DNA of 64,000 nt. Source: Methanothrix sp. (GTDB taxonomy: Archaea; Halobacteriota; Methanosarcinia; Methanotrichales; Methanotrichaceae). A program made the translations under genes and the position numbers. The stretch covers positions 2,016,001-2,080,000 of the forward strand of contig OY821645.1 in the NCBI GenBank assembly GCA_963682135.1, written 5' to 3'. Under the pieces are notes generated by a model. That model searched no databases, had not been told where the DNA came from, and saw nothing but the letters and a program-made list of their open reading frames with translations. This document shows, piece after piece, positions 23,901-34,098 of the stretch (within the stretch, counting starts at the first letter, position 1; each line of letters opens with the position of its first letter).

Positions 23901-24559
23901 CTTACTCTGTCTCCCATGATCTTCGCTCACCCTTACGAGCGGTGGACGGTTTCTCACGCATTCTTCTCGAAGAGCATCTTGCAGAGCTTTCCCCGGATGC
24001 TCGGCATTATCTGAATCTGGTGCGAAGCAATGCCGTGCAGATGGGTCAGCTAATAGACGATCTGCTGACCTTCTCTCGCACCAGCCGGCAGCCGTTGGCG
24101 AAGCGTTCTGTGGACCCTGCTGAAGTAGTGCGCCAGGTGCTCGAAGAGCTGCATGGCGAGCTGGAAGGCCGAAAAGTGGATGTAATAGTTGGCGCTCTTC
24201 CTTCTTGCCAGGCTGACCCGGCTATGCTGAGGCGCGTCTTCTTCAACCTCATTTCCAATGCCGTCAAGTTTACTCATAAGAAAGAAGAGGCACGCATTGA
24301 GGTAGGTAGTATTAATAATGAGGGAAAGACAGTATATTTTGTCAAAGATAACGGCGTAGGCTTTGATATGCGTTATTCGGGTAAGCTCTTTGGTGTCTTC
24401 TCGCGCCTCCATTCGGAGAGTGATTACGAAGGCACGGGAGTAGGGCTGGCCTTGGTGCAGCGTATCGTGCACAGGCACGGTGGAAGTGTTTGGGCAGAGG
24501 CATGTGTAGATAAAGGTGCTACATTCTATTTCACGCTGGTGGGAAGCGAATCCTTATGA
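20987..24559 (+). CDS. Membrane histidine kinase: HisKA_7TM-PAS-GAF-PAS-PAS-GAF-HisKA-HATPase
   Basis: 7-TM N-terminus, PAS/GAF motifs, VSHDLRSPL, DNGVG, GTGVGL; TTG start overlapping the upstream stop. Confidence 0.93.
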   Translation: MKLNPLPWLFIILLLIGMLTHLALGMYSRRFKKQPVQLPFEILMYLCALWTVTFVLDISSESLAFKIFLMKIRFLGVPFISLSLMLIAILFSGHEKWLTKRRMALLLAIPVITVFLALTTEYSTVFRYNYSLIQTDAGFFVLGFANGIWTRTVYLPFNYLEEAVTLLLLLQMIFGSMRLYARQALFFFIAVLIPAIADILFLFGITPVKNYNIVPSTFAFTAVLLAIALFQYRFLDIVPIARNTLFERMSDPMLVIDREGRFADFNPAAEKTLGLCRATNLWKGAIESLHDHEQLCACIKETHPACRTITIGTGAAAREFEISMEKLVSGEGVLHEKLILLRDVTDYRRMERDEVRHTNQIQMLLELHQHANKSAEFIMDFVLEATLNTTQSCYSWLGLLDEAESVMTIRRWSREAMADCAIIEKPIQYPLVEAGLWGECIKQRTPLLINSYDDSHPGKNGFPGGHVPIHRLLVVPIFDEGRIVAAAAVANKQEIYMKYDQDALTSLFNKMWEILKRKKAEEALLVSEEKFRKAFFISPDSVSINRLSDGMFVSINRGFTEISGYTDEEIIGKTSLEIDIWKNQADRKNIVQELLAKGEVRDYEASFLTKKGEIDGLMFASIIELNGVPHILNITRDMTARKKAERSLRESEERYHTLYNNMQEGVALHELVYDDMGQAVEYKIIDVNPKFVSILNLARDFVINKPSAQAYGTTLPPYLSQYSAVALSGIPSNFETYFPPLDKHLEISVSPWGCNGFATIFTDITERKRAQEELARYARRLIIINRMDRIVTSSLDIEQVYDRFVEDLRGLVPIDRTSIVLLDESGEHWTVAMIWTGYEPLIRKGEWGDVKGSAIEWIVNQKLPLVESEIGEKGDWTENEPLRQEKIRSRVLLPLIIRDEVAGMLSLASRQPAAFGETDLDILMPLSDQFSLALQNSRLYDQLKQQSQQLEKTVEERTAQLKKANKELEAFSYSVSHDLRSPLRAVDGFSRILLEEHLAELSPDARHYLNLVRSNAVQMGQLIDDLLTFSRTSRQPLAKRSVDPAEVVRQVLEELHGELEGRKVDVIVGALPSCQADPAMLRRVFFNLISNAVKFTHKKEEARIEVGSINNEGKTVYFVKDNGVGFDMRYSGKLFGVFSRLHSESDYEGTGVGLALVQRIVHRHGGSVWAEACVDKGATFYFTLVGSESL

Positions 24560-25026
24560 ACGATTATGATAACTGCATGAGCATGCAGGTCGAGATCTTG
24601 CTGGTAGAGGACAATCCAAGCGATGTGGAGCTGACACTGCACGTTTTCAAGAGGAATAACATCTGTAACCGAATTCACGTTGCGCATGATGGAAAGGAAG
24701 CCTTGGAGTACATCTTTTGTAACGGCCGGTATGCCGGCAGAAACATGGACGAAGGTCCCAAGGTGATACTCCTGGATCTGAAGCTTCCGCTGGTGGACGG
24801 GAAAGAAGTTCTGCGAAAGATCCGTGAAGATCCCCAAACCCGAAATATCCCTGTCGTGGTTCTCACCTCTTCCAGAGAGGACAGGGATATTGTGGATAGC
24901 TATGCTCTAGGTGTTAATAGCTATATTGTAAAGCCCGTAGACTTCAATCAGTTTAACCAGGCGGTTAAAGATCTTGGACACTACTGGCTCCTTCTCAACC
25001 AGCCGCCCCTGAATACTAATCGCTGA
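24556..25026 (+). CDS. Single-domain response regulator (Rcp1-like)
   Basis: LLVEDN, LLDLKLP, LTSS, NSYIVKP. Confidence 0.93.
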   Translation: MNDYDNCMSMQVEILLVEDNPSDVELTLHVFKRNNICNRIHVAHDGKEALEYIFCNGRYAGRNMDEGPKVILLDLKLPLVDGKEVLRKIREDPQTRNIPVVVLTSSREDRDIVDSYALGVNSYIVKPVDFNQFNQAVKDLGHYWLLLNQPPLNTNR

Positions 25027-25036
25027 TCGATTGACT

Positions 25037-27319
25037 ATGAATCGCCCGCTCAAAGTATTGATATTGGAGGATGCACAGGCCGATGCCGAGCTTATGGTTC
25101 ATGAGCTGAAGCAGGCAGGCTTTTTGCCTGATTGGATACGCGTGGATACAGAGGACTCGTATCTAGCCGCTCTCGCATCGGATCCGGATCTGATACTCTC
25201 TGATTGCCATCTGCCTCAGTTCGATGCTTTTCTGGCTCTACAGCTCATGCAGGGTCGCAAGCAGGACATACCTTTTATTGTGATCAGCGGGACCATAACC
25301 GAGGATGCGGCCGTTGAGTTCATGAAACGAGGTGCCTCCGACTACCTGCTTAAGGATCGCCTGGCCCGGCTGGGCCAGGCTGTGATCAGGGCTCTGGAGC
25401 AGAGAGAATTAAGAGAAGAGAAAAAAAGGACAGAAGAGGCTCTGCGGGAGAGCGAGGCCCTGTACAGTGCGGTTATCGGGCAGGCTTTTGATATAATTTT
25501 TCTTGTTGATGTGAATACCAAACAAATAGTTGATGGCAATATTGCCTTTCAAGAGATGCTCGGTTATAGCTCAAAAGATCTCTCCAGCCTGACCCTTTAC
25601 GATGTCGTTGCTTACGATAAAGAGAGCATAGAATGCAATATTGAATGCATTAAGGCGTCGGGAAATTACCTCATAGGCTCGCGAAAATACCGGCGAAAAG
25701 ACGGCTCCATCATTGATATGGAGGTCAGTTCAACCCTTATTCATTATGGAAATAAAGAGGTTTTGTGTGTTATTGCTCGTGACGTTACAGAGCGCAAGAA
25801 GGCGGAGGAAGCGCTGCATAAGTCTATGCAATTGTTAGAAAAGGTCTACTCCAGTCTTCATGATGCACTTTTTATTATTGAAGCTAATTCAACGAAGATT
25901 ATTGACTGCAATCCGGCAGCTTCTGATATGTTCGGTTATTGTCGGGAAGATATGCTAACTCGCTCGACTGGTTTTCTCCACATAAGCAGCGCCTCACTGG
26001 ATCTTTTCAGAGTCCGTCTGCAGTCCGATATTGCTGAGATGGGATACCTATTTTTGCCTGAATTCCAGATGAAACGTAAAGATGGAACTATATTTTTCAC
26101 AGAAAATAGTGTAGTTCCATTGACTAACGATCAAGGTGTGAATATCGGTTGGGTGAGCATAGTACGCGACATCACTGAGCGCAAGCGTACAGAGGAGGCG
26201 ATTCATGAGAGTGAAGCCACGCTTGCAAACCTCATGGATAGCATGCCCGTCGGAATACAGGGCTATGACGCTGAAGGGACGGTCTTTTACTGGAATCGGA
26301 TGAGTTCTAAGATCTATGGCTACGTCGCAGAGGAGGCAATAGGACGAAAATTGGGCGATCTCATTATACCGGAAGAGATCAGGCCGATGTACCGCGAGGC
26401 TCTGGCACACGCCGCCACCCTCAAGGGATCGGGCGAATTCTTGCCGGCGAATGAGGTGAGCCTCCTTCGAAAGGACGGTTCACGCGTCTGTGTGCATTCG
26501 ATCCATACGGCGGTCTGCCTTCCTGGAAAGGCGCCGCTGCTCTTTTGTATCGATGTCGATCTCACCGAGCGCAGGCGTGCGGAGGAAGAACTGATCAAGA
26601 AGTCGGAAGATCTGGCAAGGTCCAACGCCGACCTGGCGCAGTTCGCCTATGTGGCCTCCCATGATCTGCAAGAGCCCTTGCGCATGGTGACCAGCTATGT
26701 GCAGCTCCTGCAAATGCGTTACAAAGGCAAGCTCGATACTGATGCCGATGAGTTTATCGGCTACGTCGTGGAGGGAACGAAACGCATGAAGCTGCTCCTT
26801 GCTGCACTTCTGGATTATTCTAGAGTGGGCACGCGAGGCAATCCTTTTCGCATTGTGGAGTGTGAGACGGTGCTGGAGAATGCTCTGCAAAATCTAAGAA
26901 TGGTTTTGGATGAAACCAATGGTCGTGTAACTCATGATCCATTGCCGGCTATTATTGCCGACGAGACGCAGATGGTGCAACTCTTCCAGAATTTAATAAG
27001 CAATGGCCTCAAATTTCATGGCCCAAAGCCGCCTTTGATTCATGTCTCGGCTGAACAGAATGGGACGAACTGGATCTTCTCTTTCCAAGATAATGGCATA
27101 GGCATAGATCCCATATATTTCGAGAAGATATTTATTATATTCCAGAGGCTGCATGGCAGAGATAAGTACACTGGAACAGGTATCGGCCTGACTATTGCCA
27201 AAAAAATAGTGCAGCGGCACGGGGGACAGATCTGGGTGGAATCAGAGGTGGCAAAAGGCAGCACTTTCTATTTCACTGTTCCATGCAAACGCTCGATAGA
27301 AGCCGAGACGAAGCATTGA
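25037..27319 (+). CDS. REC-PAS-PAS-PAS histidine kinase (paralog of 19056..20990)
   Basis: Receiver nearly identical to that of 19056; ASHDLQEPLR; HATPase motifs. Confidence 0.93.
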   Translation: MNRPLKVLILEDAQADAELMVHELKQAGFLPDWIRVDTEDSYLAALASDPDLILSDCHLPQFDAFLALQLMQGRKQDIPFIVISGTITEDAAVEFMKRGASDYLLKDRLARLGQAVIRALEQRELREEKKRTEEALRESEALYSAVIGQAFDIIFLVDVNTKQIVDGNIAFQEMLGYSSKDLSSLTLYDVVAYDKESIECNIECIKASGNYLIGSRKYRRKDGSIIDMEVSSTLIHYGNKEVLCVIARDVTERKKAEEALHKSMQLLEKVYSSLHDALFIIEANSTKIIDCNPAASDMFGYCREDMLTRSTGFLHISSASLDLFRVRLQSDIAEMGYLFLPEFQMKRKDGTIFFTENSVVPLTNDQGVNIGWVSIVRDITERKRTEEAIHESEATLANLMDSMPVGIQGYDAEGTVFYWNRMSSKIYGYVAEEAIGRKLGDLIIPEEIRPMYREALAHAATLKGSGEFLPANEVSLLRKDGSRVCVHSIHTAVCLPGKAPLLFCIDVDLTERRRAEEELIKKSEDLARSNADLAQFAYVASHDLQEPLRMVTSYVQLLQMRYKGKLDTDADEFIGYVVEGTKRMKLLLAALLDYSRVGTRGNPFRIVECETVLENALQNLRMVLDETNGRVTHDPLPAIIADETQMVQLFQNLISNGLKFHGPKPPLIHVSAEQNGTNWIFSFQDNGIGIDPIYFEKIFIIFQRLHGRDKYTGTGIGLTIAKKIVQRHGGQIWVESEVAKGSTFYFTVPCKRSIEAETKH

Positions 27320-27388
27320 GATAACCATGCTTTGTGATCGGGGTGCCTTGCGGGATAAGGTGCGCGATGAGGATCAAGAAGGAGGTAG

Positions 27389-27652
27389 ATGGGATTGCAG
27401 AGACGGGATAAATTGGACATCATGAAAGACATACTCTCCCTATGCCTGGTACAGGACATGAAGAAGACGCAGATAACCTACAAATCGAACCTCAATTTTC
27501 AGAAGGCCAGCGAGTTCGTTGAATGGCTGAAATTTCACAACCTTATCCAAGAAGGGAAGAAAGGAGTTTATAAAACCACACCGGCTGGCGAGATATTGCT
27601 TCATAAACTGGAGAAGCTGACAACCGTACCCTCCGAATCTGAAAAAAAGTGA
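27389..27652 (+). CDS. Winged-helix transcriptional regulator (archaeal HTH_45-like)
   Basis: RRDKLDI..DIL, KTQITYKSNLNF, YKTTPAG; RBS GGAGG. Confidence 0.8.
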   Translation: MGLQRRDKLDIMKDILSLCLVQDMKKTQITYKSNLNFQKASEFVEWLKFHNLIQEGKKGVYKTTPAGEILLHKLEKLTTVPSESEKK

Positions 27653-27710
27653 GGCGTGAATCGATTGCTTTTTATCCATCCGGGTGTTCATGGTAAGAGG
27701 TTGATCATCA

Positions 27711-29015
27711 ATGTCCGGTTACTGGGATCCGCATATTGAGCGTATGCCTCTGGAAGACTTGCATGCTCTTCAAGAGGATCGGCTCAAATCCGTAGTAAGA
27801 TATGTTTACGACCATTCTGCTTTCTATCGGCAGAGGTTCAAAGAGGCAGGGGTTGAGCCCAGCGACATCCGCACTCTGGCCGATGTCTCCAAGCTGCCCT
27901 TCACCAGGAAGGTGGACCTGCGGGACAACTACCCCACAGGCATGTTCAGTGCCCCTAAGAGCCAGGTGGTGCGCTACCACGTATCCAGCGGCACCACTGG
28001 AAAGCCAACCGTTGTCGGTTACACCAAGGGTGACATCGAGACCTGGTCCGAGTCACTGGCCCGGGCCCTTACCTCTATTGGCCTGGGTCGAGACGATGTG
28101 GTGCAGGTGGGTTACGGCTATGGCCTTTTCACAGGGGGCCTCGGCCTGCACTACGGCGCAGAGCGCATCGGTGCTGCTGTGCTGCCGGTGGGCACGGGCA
28201 ACACGGAGCGGCAGATCGAGCTGATGCAGGACCTGGGCACGACTGCCATCGCCTGCACGCCCTCCTACTTCCTGCATATCATGGAAGTGGCGGAGAAGAT
28301 GGGTATCTCCATCAAGAAGGATACGAATCTTAAGGCCGGCATCTTCGGGGCCGAGCCCTGGTCCCTGGAAACCAGGAAACGAATCGAGGATGCCACGGGT
28401 ATCAATGCTTACGACATCTACGGCACCAGCGAGATTTCCGGTCCATTGTTCACGGAGTGTCATATCAAGAAGGGCATTCACGTCTGGGCGGACATGTTCT
28501 TGATTGAGGTGCTCGATCCCAAGACAGGTGAGCCCGTAGCGGACGGCGAAACTGGCGAGCTGGTCTTCACCACCTTGCACAAGTACGCTCTGCCACTCAT
28601 CCGTTATCGTATCGGGGATCTGACAATCATGGACAGCGAACCCTGTGAGTGCGGGCGAACTCATCCACGCATCATGAGAATTTTGGGCAGAACAGACGAC
28701 ATGCTAATAATTCGCGGCATCAATGTCTTCCCAAGTCAAGTGGAGTCGGTCTTGATGGATATACCCGAGGTGGGAGACCACTGGGAGATTCTGGTGGATC
28801 GCAAAGGTCCGCTGGATATGATGACGGTGCGTGTCGAGTTGACGCAGGCAGGCTTCTCTGACAAGATCGGGGACCTGATGAAGCTTAAGAAGAGAATCTC
28901 CAAAGAGTTAAAAGGCGTGCTGAACATAGCTGCTGAAGTGGATCTGGTTGAGCCCGGCACCATTCCCCGTTCCATGGGCAAGGCCAAGAGAGTAACAGAT
29001 AACCGAAAGGTGTAG
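27711..29015 (+). CDS. paaK: Phenylacetate-CoA ligase family protein
   Basis: SSGTTGKP, YGLFTGGLG, FGAEPW, YGTSE, GRTDDMLIIRGINVFP. Confidence 0.93.
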   Translation: MSGYWDPHIERMPLEDLHALQEDRLKSVVRYVYDHSAFYRQRFKEAGVEPSDIRTLADVSKLPFTRKVDLRDNYPTGMFSAPKSQVVRYHVSSGTTGKPTVVGYTKGDIETWSESLARALTSIGLGRDDVVQVGYGYGLFTGGLGLHYGAERIGAAVLPVGTGNTERQIELMQDLGTTAIACTPSYFLHIMEVAEKMGISIKKDTNLKAGIFGAEPWSLETRKRIEDATGINAYDIYGTSEISGPLFTECHIKKGIHVWADMFLIEVLDPKTGEPVADGETGELVFTTLHKYALPLIRYRIGDLTIMDSEPCECGRTHPRIMRILGRTDDMLIIRGINVFPSQVESVLMDIPEVGDHWEILVDRKGPLDMMTVRVELTQAGFSDKIGDLMKLKKRISKELKGVLNIAAEVDLVEPGTIPRSMGKAKRVTDNRKV

Positions 29016-29027
29016 GAGGCTTTTGAA

Positions 29028-29462
29028 ATGTCGGAGATCAAACAAATTTCCCTTTTTGTGGAGAATAGGCCGGGCAGAACCGCCAAGGTTGCCAAGACTC
29101 TATCTGATGCTGGTGTGAATATCCGGGCTCTGACCATCGCCGAGGCGGGCGACTTCGGTGTCATCCGCATGGTTCTGGATGATCCGGAAAAGGGGTACAG
29201 AGTTCTCAAGGAGAATGCCTTCACAGTCTCTATGACTGATGTCTTGGCCGTGGAGATGAAGGATACTCCCGGTGGGCTTTATGAGATCGTGGACACGCTG
29301 GGGCAGAATCATGTAAATGTGGATTATGCTTACGCCTTCGTCACAGCCAAGGCACAGCGTGCCATGCTCATCCTGCGAGTGGATGATATCGCCAAGGCCA
29401 GGCAGGTACTGGGCGAAAAGAAGGTCAAGATCGCCACAAAAGAAGAGATACAGGCCATATAA
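29028..29462 (+). CDS. Tandem ACT domain protein
   Basis: QISLFVENRPG, NIRALTIAE, NVDYAYAF; usual paaK partner. Confidence 0.9.
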   Translation: MSEIKQISLFVENRPGRTAKVAKTLSDAGVNIRALTIAEAGDFGVIRMVLDDPEKGYRVLKENAFTVSMTDVLAVEMKDTPGGLYEIVDTLGQNHVNVDYAYAFVTAKAQRAMLILRVDDIAKARQVLGEKKVKIATKEEIQAI

Positions 29463-29566
29463 GATCAACCCTAAATCTCTTCATATTTTTATATCCTTTT
29501 TTTAAATATCCTTTCAAAAATAGAAACTGCAGACCCGAAATGCAAACCCGGACAATTGTCCGGATC

Positions 29567-30253
29567 TTATGCATTTGTGGGTGCAGTCACTGGCAGGCTT
29601 TGAGCGACCTGCTGAGTTTGAGCCGTCTGCTGGGCAGATGCGGAAGAAGCCAGCGGTGATAGCATGCTGCCGAAGGCCACACCCGGCTGGGTTATTCCCT
29701 GTGATGTGAAGATGTACTCTCCATCCATGGTGCCTGGTTTAATTGTAAGGCTGAAGCGATACATATTCTGACTGCCGGTCGGGACCACAAATAATGCCAG
29801 CCGGTCACCCAATATGCTGCCTCCCACGGTAACGGGTGTTACTATTCCGTTAGCTGCCAGCTCTCCAGATCCAAATACTGCATCCGCAGTCTGATAAAGA
29901 TCGATCTTGAGGTAGCTCTTATCAATGTCATTAAGGGTAAATGCCCAGCTTCCTGCCGCCGGAGCGACACCTAATACGACAACCGGTGTCCTGACTCCTT
30001 TGCCCGGAACATGGGGGCTCATGCCTGTATCCTTTCTTATTGTAAACAAGCTCTCGTTTCGAAAAGACAGAGCAGAATCAGCCGGATTATCATAGGGGCC
30101 TACCTCTTGCACTTCCTGATAAATTTGGCGCCCAGACATATCCTCTGCGGGATACTCCGCCTCAACCTCTTCATTCTTTGGGCCCAGCGCGAAGGCAGTC
30201 ATGCAAAGACATGCCACAAAGGCCAAAGCTATTATCGCACACTTAAATCCCAT
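29567..30253 (-). CDS. Secreted beta-barrel-like hypothetical protein (paralog of 9044..9628)
   Basis: Signal peptide, RBS GGAGG; AGSWAFTL..LYQ..G.G..GS..G.R pattern. Confidence 0.72.
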   Translation of the reverse strand: MGFKCAIIALAFVACLCMTAFALGPKNEEVEAEYPAEDMSGRQIYQEVQEVGPYDNPADSALSFRNESLFTIRKDTGMSPHVPGKGVRTPVVVLGVAPAAGSWAFTLNDIDKSYLKIDLYQTADAVFGSGELAANGIVTPVTVGGSILGDRLALFVVPTGSQNMYRFSLTIKPGTMDGEYIFTSQGITQPGVAFGSMLSPLASSASAQQTAQTQQVAQSLPVTAPTNA

Positions 30254-30330
30254 TCTCCTAATACCTCCGCACTCTAAATCAAGCGCCGAGGTCTTAAAGT
30301 TAACCCCTCTTTTTTGAAAAAAAAAGATGA

Positions 30331-32415
30331 TCAGATTATCTCATATAGGGCCGCAGGCTCCATCAGAGGATTTTCATCGATATCGGCGCCTATGTTGTGA
30401 TACAGATCGCTGATGCCGTCATTATTGTCGTCCAACATTCGCGTCCCATGCCAGTAGTTTCCCAGGCGATTCTTGAAGGTCTTTCCTTGGAATCGATAGG
30501 AAAGTGCCTGGGGAGAATTCCAGGAGTTGATTGAAATAAATGAATTAACGTCTTGAGAATTATTTATAAACGAATTTAAATAGATCTCATTTTCGCTGGA
30601 TTGCTGAGGATACACCCCCTCATCCAAATGAATACCTTCATTGTTTTGGCGAATATCATTGAAGTACAGCTGGTTGAAACTGCAATTGACCATTTTTATG
30701 CCCTGACGAGAGTCATGGACACTGTTGCCTGTGATATTGCACCTCGTAGAGCTGATTAGACTGATACTCGCATCTTTGCTCGTTGCTATATTTTTCTCTA
30801 AAGTGTTCTGTATAGACGAGACAATTATTATGCCTTCATTGTTCTCTGACAGTTCATTGGATTGTATAATATTATTGGGGGATTGGTCCAGATTTATGCC
30901 GATATTGCTGCGCAGGATGTTGTTTTCGCAAAAGCTATTGTGATTTGATGCTTGGAGCATGATGCCATTATCATTATCTTGCAGATGATTGCGGGAGAGA
31001 TTATTATCCCTACTGTGCACCAGGTGAATTCCCTCCGGGCAATCATAAATATCATTCTCTCGAAGGTTATTCCGTTGGGACAAGTTAAGATATATGCCCC
31101 GAGCGGTATTCTTGCTGATATCATTCTCTGCAATGGTATTGTTGTTCGCCTCAAAAACCAGGATGCCAAAATTGCACCCGCTCACAACGTTCTCTATAAG
31201 CAGATTTTCTTCGCTGGTGCCAAAGATCGCAACTCCATTTGGATTCTTATGAATTGTGTTATTTTCTAATATATTTCTGCTCGAATTCGTGATCTGTATT
31301 CCCTGATCAAAATTAGCGAATACCCGATTTTCAGTGAAGTTGTTTAGAGATGATTCTTCAAAGTATGCGCCGCTACCTGTGGTTACATTGCTAAATGAGT
31401 TTCTCAAAATGAGGTTATTATTGGAAGAGATAAGGTGAATACCATATTGCTTATTGAGGTCTGCATCGTTGTTCTCGAAACGATTTTCATGGGAATAAAA
31501 GAGGGTGATTCCGCTTCCGTCATTATTTTCCAGGTTATTATTTTTGAATTTGTTGCCTTGGGAATCCCAAAGATAGATGGCATAGTCATTCTTGAATGCG
31601 GTGTTATTAGTGATATCATTGCCTTGTGATAAATATGGATAAATGCCGTAGTCGTTATTAACTGCAGTGTTGTTATGTATATAATTATTATCTGCGTTTG
31701 ATAAAACAATTCCATAATCGTTGGTGATTATAGCATTATTTTCTACGAAGTTATCCCTGGATTGGAACAATTTAATGCCTATTCCCATATTTTCGCTGGC
31801 ATTATTATTAATAATTGTATTTTTAGTAGAATTAATGATCATAACACCTACCTGATTATTTTCGAAGAGACTGTTATTCGAGATTGTATTTCTCGCTGCT
31901 GAAAAGATAACCAATCCTCCCAGGTAGTTATCATCTATTTCGTTAGAGTCGATTGTGTTATTTCCCGAAGACACAAAAATGCCGATTGCGTTGCCCTTTA
32001 ATGTATTGTTTGCGATGATATTGTCTTGAGAATGCACCTGGACAGCAGCCATGGACCAGTCAGTGGCACCGGTCAGAATCAAGTGTTCCAAACGTGAGCT
32101 GTTTGCGAAAATTCGGACGGTATGGCCTCTATCGCCAGCTACCAAGATGGGCCGATCTTTCCCTGAAATGCCCCGTATGATCAGGCTCTTAGTGATATTG
32201 ATGCTCTCATTGTAGGTTCCGGGTAATATCTCAATTATGTCTCCTGTTGATGCGTCATCAATTGCCTTTTGGATGCTCTGACCGGGTCCCAGAGAAATTA
32301 TCGATGCATGGGCTGTAATTGCCAGCATAAATGCCGCCAAGCAGCAGCAAGATGTGCAAATTAGTGACAATTTTTTCGTCATAGCTTCCCGCATCTCCTT
32401 TACGACGTTTTCCAT
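30331..32415 (-). CDS. Secreted NosD/CASH right-handed beta-helix surface protein
   Basis: SIQKAID..PGTY, many GIxLxxSxNNxIxxN repeats, LGNYW..DGI.D C-terminus. Confidence 0.9.
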   Translation of the reverse strand: MENVVKEMREAMTKKLSLICTSCCCLAAFMLAITAHASIISLGPGQSIQKAIDDASTGDIIEILPGTYNESINITKSLIIRGISGKDRPILVAGDRGHTVRIFANSSRLEHLILTGATDWSMAAVQVHSQDNIIANNTLKGNAIGIFVSSGNNTIDSNEIDDNYLGGLVIFSAARNTISNNSLFENNQVGVMIINSTKNTIINNNASENMGIGIKLFQSRDNFVENNAIITNDYGIVLSNADNNYIHNNTAVNNDYGIYPYLSQGNDITNNTAFKNDYAIYLWDSQGNKFKNNNLENNDGSGITLFYSHENRFENNDADLNKQYGIHLISSNNNLILRNSFSNVTTGSGAYFEESSLNNFTENRVFANFDQGIQITNSSRNILENNTIHKNPNGVAIFGTSEENLLIENVVSGCNFGILVFEANNNTIAENDISKNTARGIYLNLSQRNNLRENDIYDCPEGIHLVHSRDNNLSRNHLQDNDNGIMLQASNHNSFCENNILRSNIGINLDQSPNNIIQSNELSENNEGIIIVSSIQNTLEKNIATSKDASISLISSTRCNITGNSVHDSRQGIKMVNCSFNQLYFNDIRQNNEGIHLDEGVYPQQSSENEIYLNSFINNSQDVNSFISINSWNSPQALSYRFQGKTFKNRLGNYWHGTRMLDDNNDGISDLYHNIGADIDENPLMEPAALYEII

Positions 32416-32423
32416 GCCCGGAA

Positions 32424-33617
32424 TTATGGTGGGGATACTGCCAGCGGATCTTTCTGGATGCGACCTAGGTCCGCTTTCAGATTGTCTGATATCTTTGCAC
32501 CATCGGTCTTGGCATTAGAGAGCGAATAGAGGGTAAACTGGTCATATTTGATTCGCTCCAGGTTGGCGCCGGTAAGATCCGCGCCTGTCATCTCCACCCG
32601 GTCTAATGTGGCATCTCTCAAATCGGCCCCATTCATTTTAGCATTGGCCAGATACACCAGAACCAGACTTGAGCCCCTGAAAGAGGATTCGGTTAGATCT
32701 ACGCCCCTCAGGTCCATCTCGGATAACCTGGTACGATCTAGCTTGACTTTGCGGAGGACAGAACCGGTCAGCCTCGTCGAGGTCAAGTCTGCATCGGAAA
32801 GATCGGCTCCTGTGAGGTTCGCACGGCTAAGGTCGGCAAAAGGCATCTTAGCAGAATTCAGGTTTGCTTGCATGAGTTTTGCCTCTGTCAAATCGGCATA
32901 AGAGAGACTTGTCCATTTTAGGTTGGCCCCTGTTAGGTTTGCACTCATGAGATACGCTCTGGTAAAATCGGCCTCGGAGAGGTCGGCGCCATGCAGGTTG
33001 GTACTGTAGAGTTCCGATCGGGAAAATTGACCTTTCGAGAGATAGCTCCCGCTTAGGTCCGCCCAGCTCACATGGGCCCCAATCATGTTTGCACCGATCA
33101 GATAGATGCCCATAAGATTGGCGCCGGAGAGGTCTGTTCGAAATAACCTGGCGTCGGTTAAATCCGCATCGGCTAAATTCGCATCGGATAGATCAGCTTC
33201 TGTAAGATCTGTCTTCTTCAGGACGGCATTAGTAAGATTGGCATTGGACATTAGAGAATATGCCAAAACAGCCTGAGAGAGGTCCGCTCCGCTCAGGTCC
33301 GCATCTCTGAGAACAGCAGCTGTCAAGTCCGCTCTTATCATCTTTGTTCCTTGAAGATGGGAATTTAGAAGCCACGCCGAGCGCAAATAAGTGCCACTTA
33401 GGTTCGAACCGGATAGATTTGCGCCGGATATGTTCGATTGATTGAGCTGCATGCCGGCGAGATTCATCTGTGTCAGGTCCATATTGGCCAGATCGGCTCG
33501 ATCCGTCATCTTGCTGCTGATATCCTGTGGCTGCGCCGCAGAGATGCAACATGCTACCATCAATGTGCCGAGCATCAATGGGCCAAATACATGCGACATC
33601 AAGAATTCGGTTTTCAT
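32424..33617 (-). CDS. Secreted pentapeptide-repeat protein
   Basis: Dozens of A(D/N)LXX repeats after a signal peptide. Confidence 0.92.
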   Translation of the reverse strand: MKTEFLMSHVFGPLMLGTLMVACCISAAQPQDISSKMTDRADLANMDLTQMNLAGMQLNQSNISGANLSGSNLSGTYLRSAWLLNSHLQGTKMIRADLTAAVLRDADLSGADLSQAVLAYSLMSNANLTNAVLKKTDLTEADLSDANLADADLTDARLFRTDLSGANLMGIYLIGANMIGAHVSWADLSGSYLSKGQFSRSELYSTNLHGADLSEADFTRAYLMSANLTGANLKWTSLSYADLTEAKLMQANLNSAKMPFADLSRANLTGADLSDADLTSTRLTGSVLRKVKLDRTRLSEMDLRGVDLTESSFRGSSLVLVYLANAKMNGADLRDATLDRVEMTGADLTGANLERIKYDQFTLYSLSNAKTDGAKISDNLKADLGRIQKDPLAVSPP

Positions 33618-33629
33618 ATCTCTCCTATA

Positions 33630-34097
33630 TTAGTATCCCTTTCCTAATGACATTTCAAGTTTCTGGTGATACTCGGAAGCTATTAAGCTGCGAATGAAGA
33701 GTCTCGTACATGGATGCTCCATCAAGCCGAGATGCGGCCGGATAAGGCAGAGTGAATTGATCGCATTTGTTCCCAATATCTCTGTGAACTCCAGCAAGAC
33801 CCTCGTCAGATCAGCATAAGCCAAATCAGCTTTATCCATTCTAGTTCCACTTAAGTTCGACCTCATCATGTAGGCCCTGGTGAAATCCGAACCGCTCAGG
33901 TCGGAACCGCTAAGGTCTGCGCGATAGAGCTCTGTTCGGGAGAGCAGGCTGCCGTACATTTTACATTTTTTCATATCTGTCCAGCTTAAACGTGCCGCAA
34001 TCAGATTAGCACCATCCAGCAATGCACCCCTCATGCGGGCATTCATGAGGTTTGCGGAATATAGCAGGGTGCCGGTTAGATTTGCTTCATCCAAACG
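33630..34097 (-). pseudogene. Truncated pentapeptide-repeat paralog
   Basis: ANLIAARLSW..SRTELY..DFTRAYM aligns with the 32424 protein; N-terminus replaced by the tnpB remnant; 3' part does not look repeat-coding. Confidence 0.7.
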
Positions 34098-34098
34098 T

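Noticed and set aside
32424-34097. Pentapeptide proteins as Qnr/MfpA-like gyrase protectors, given gyrBA in the window
   Set aside because: The intact one has a signal peptide, sits with surface proteins and is over 13 kb from gyrA
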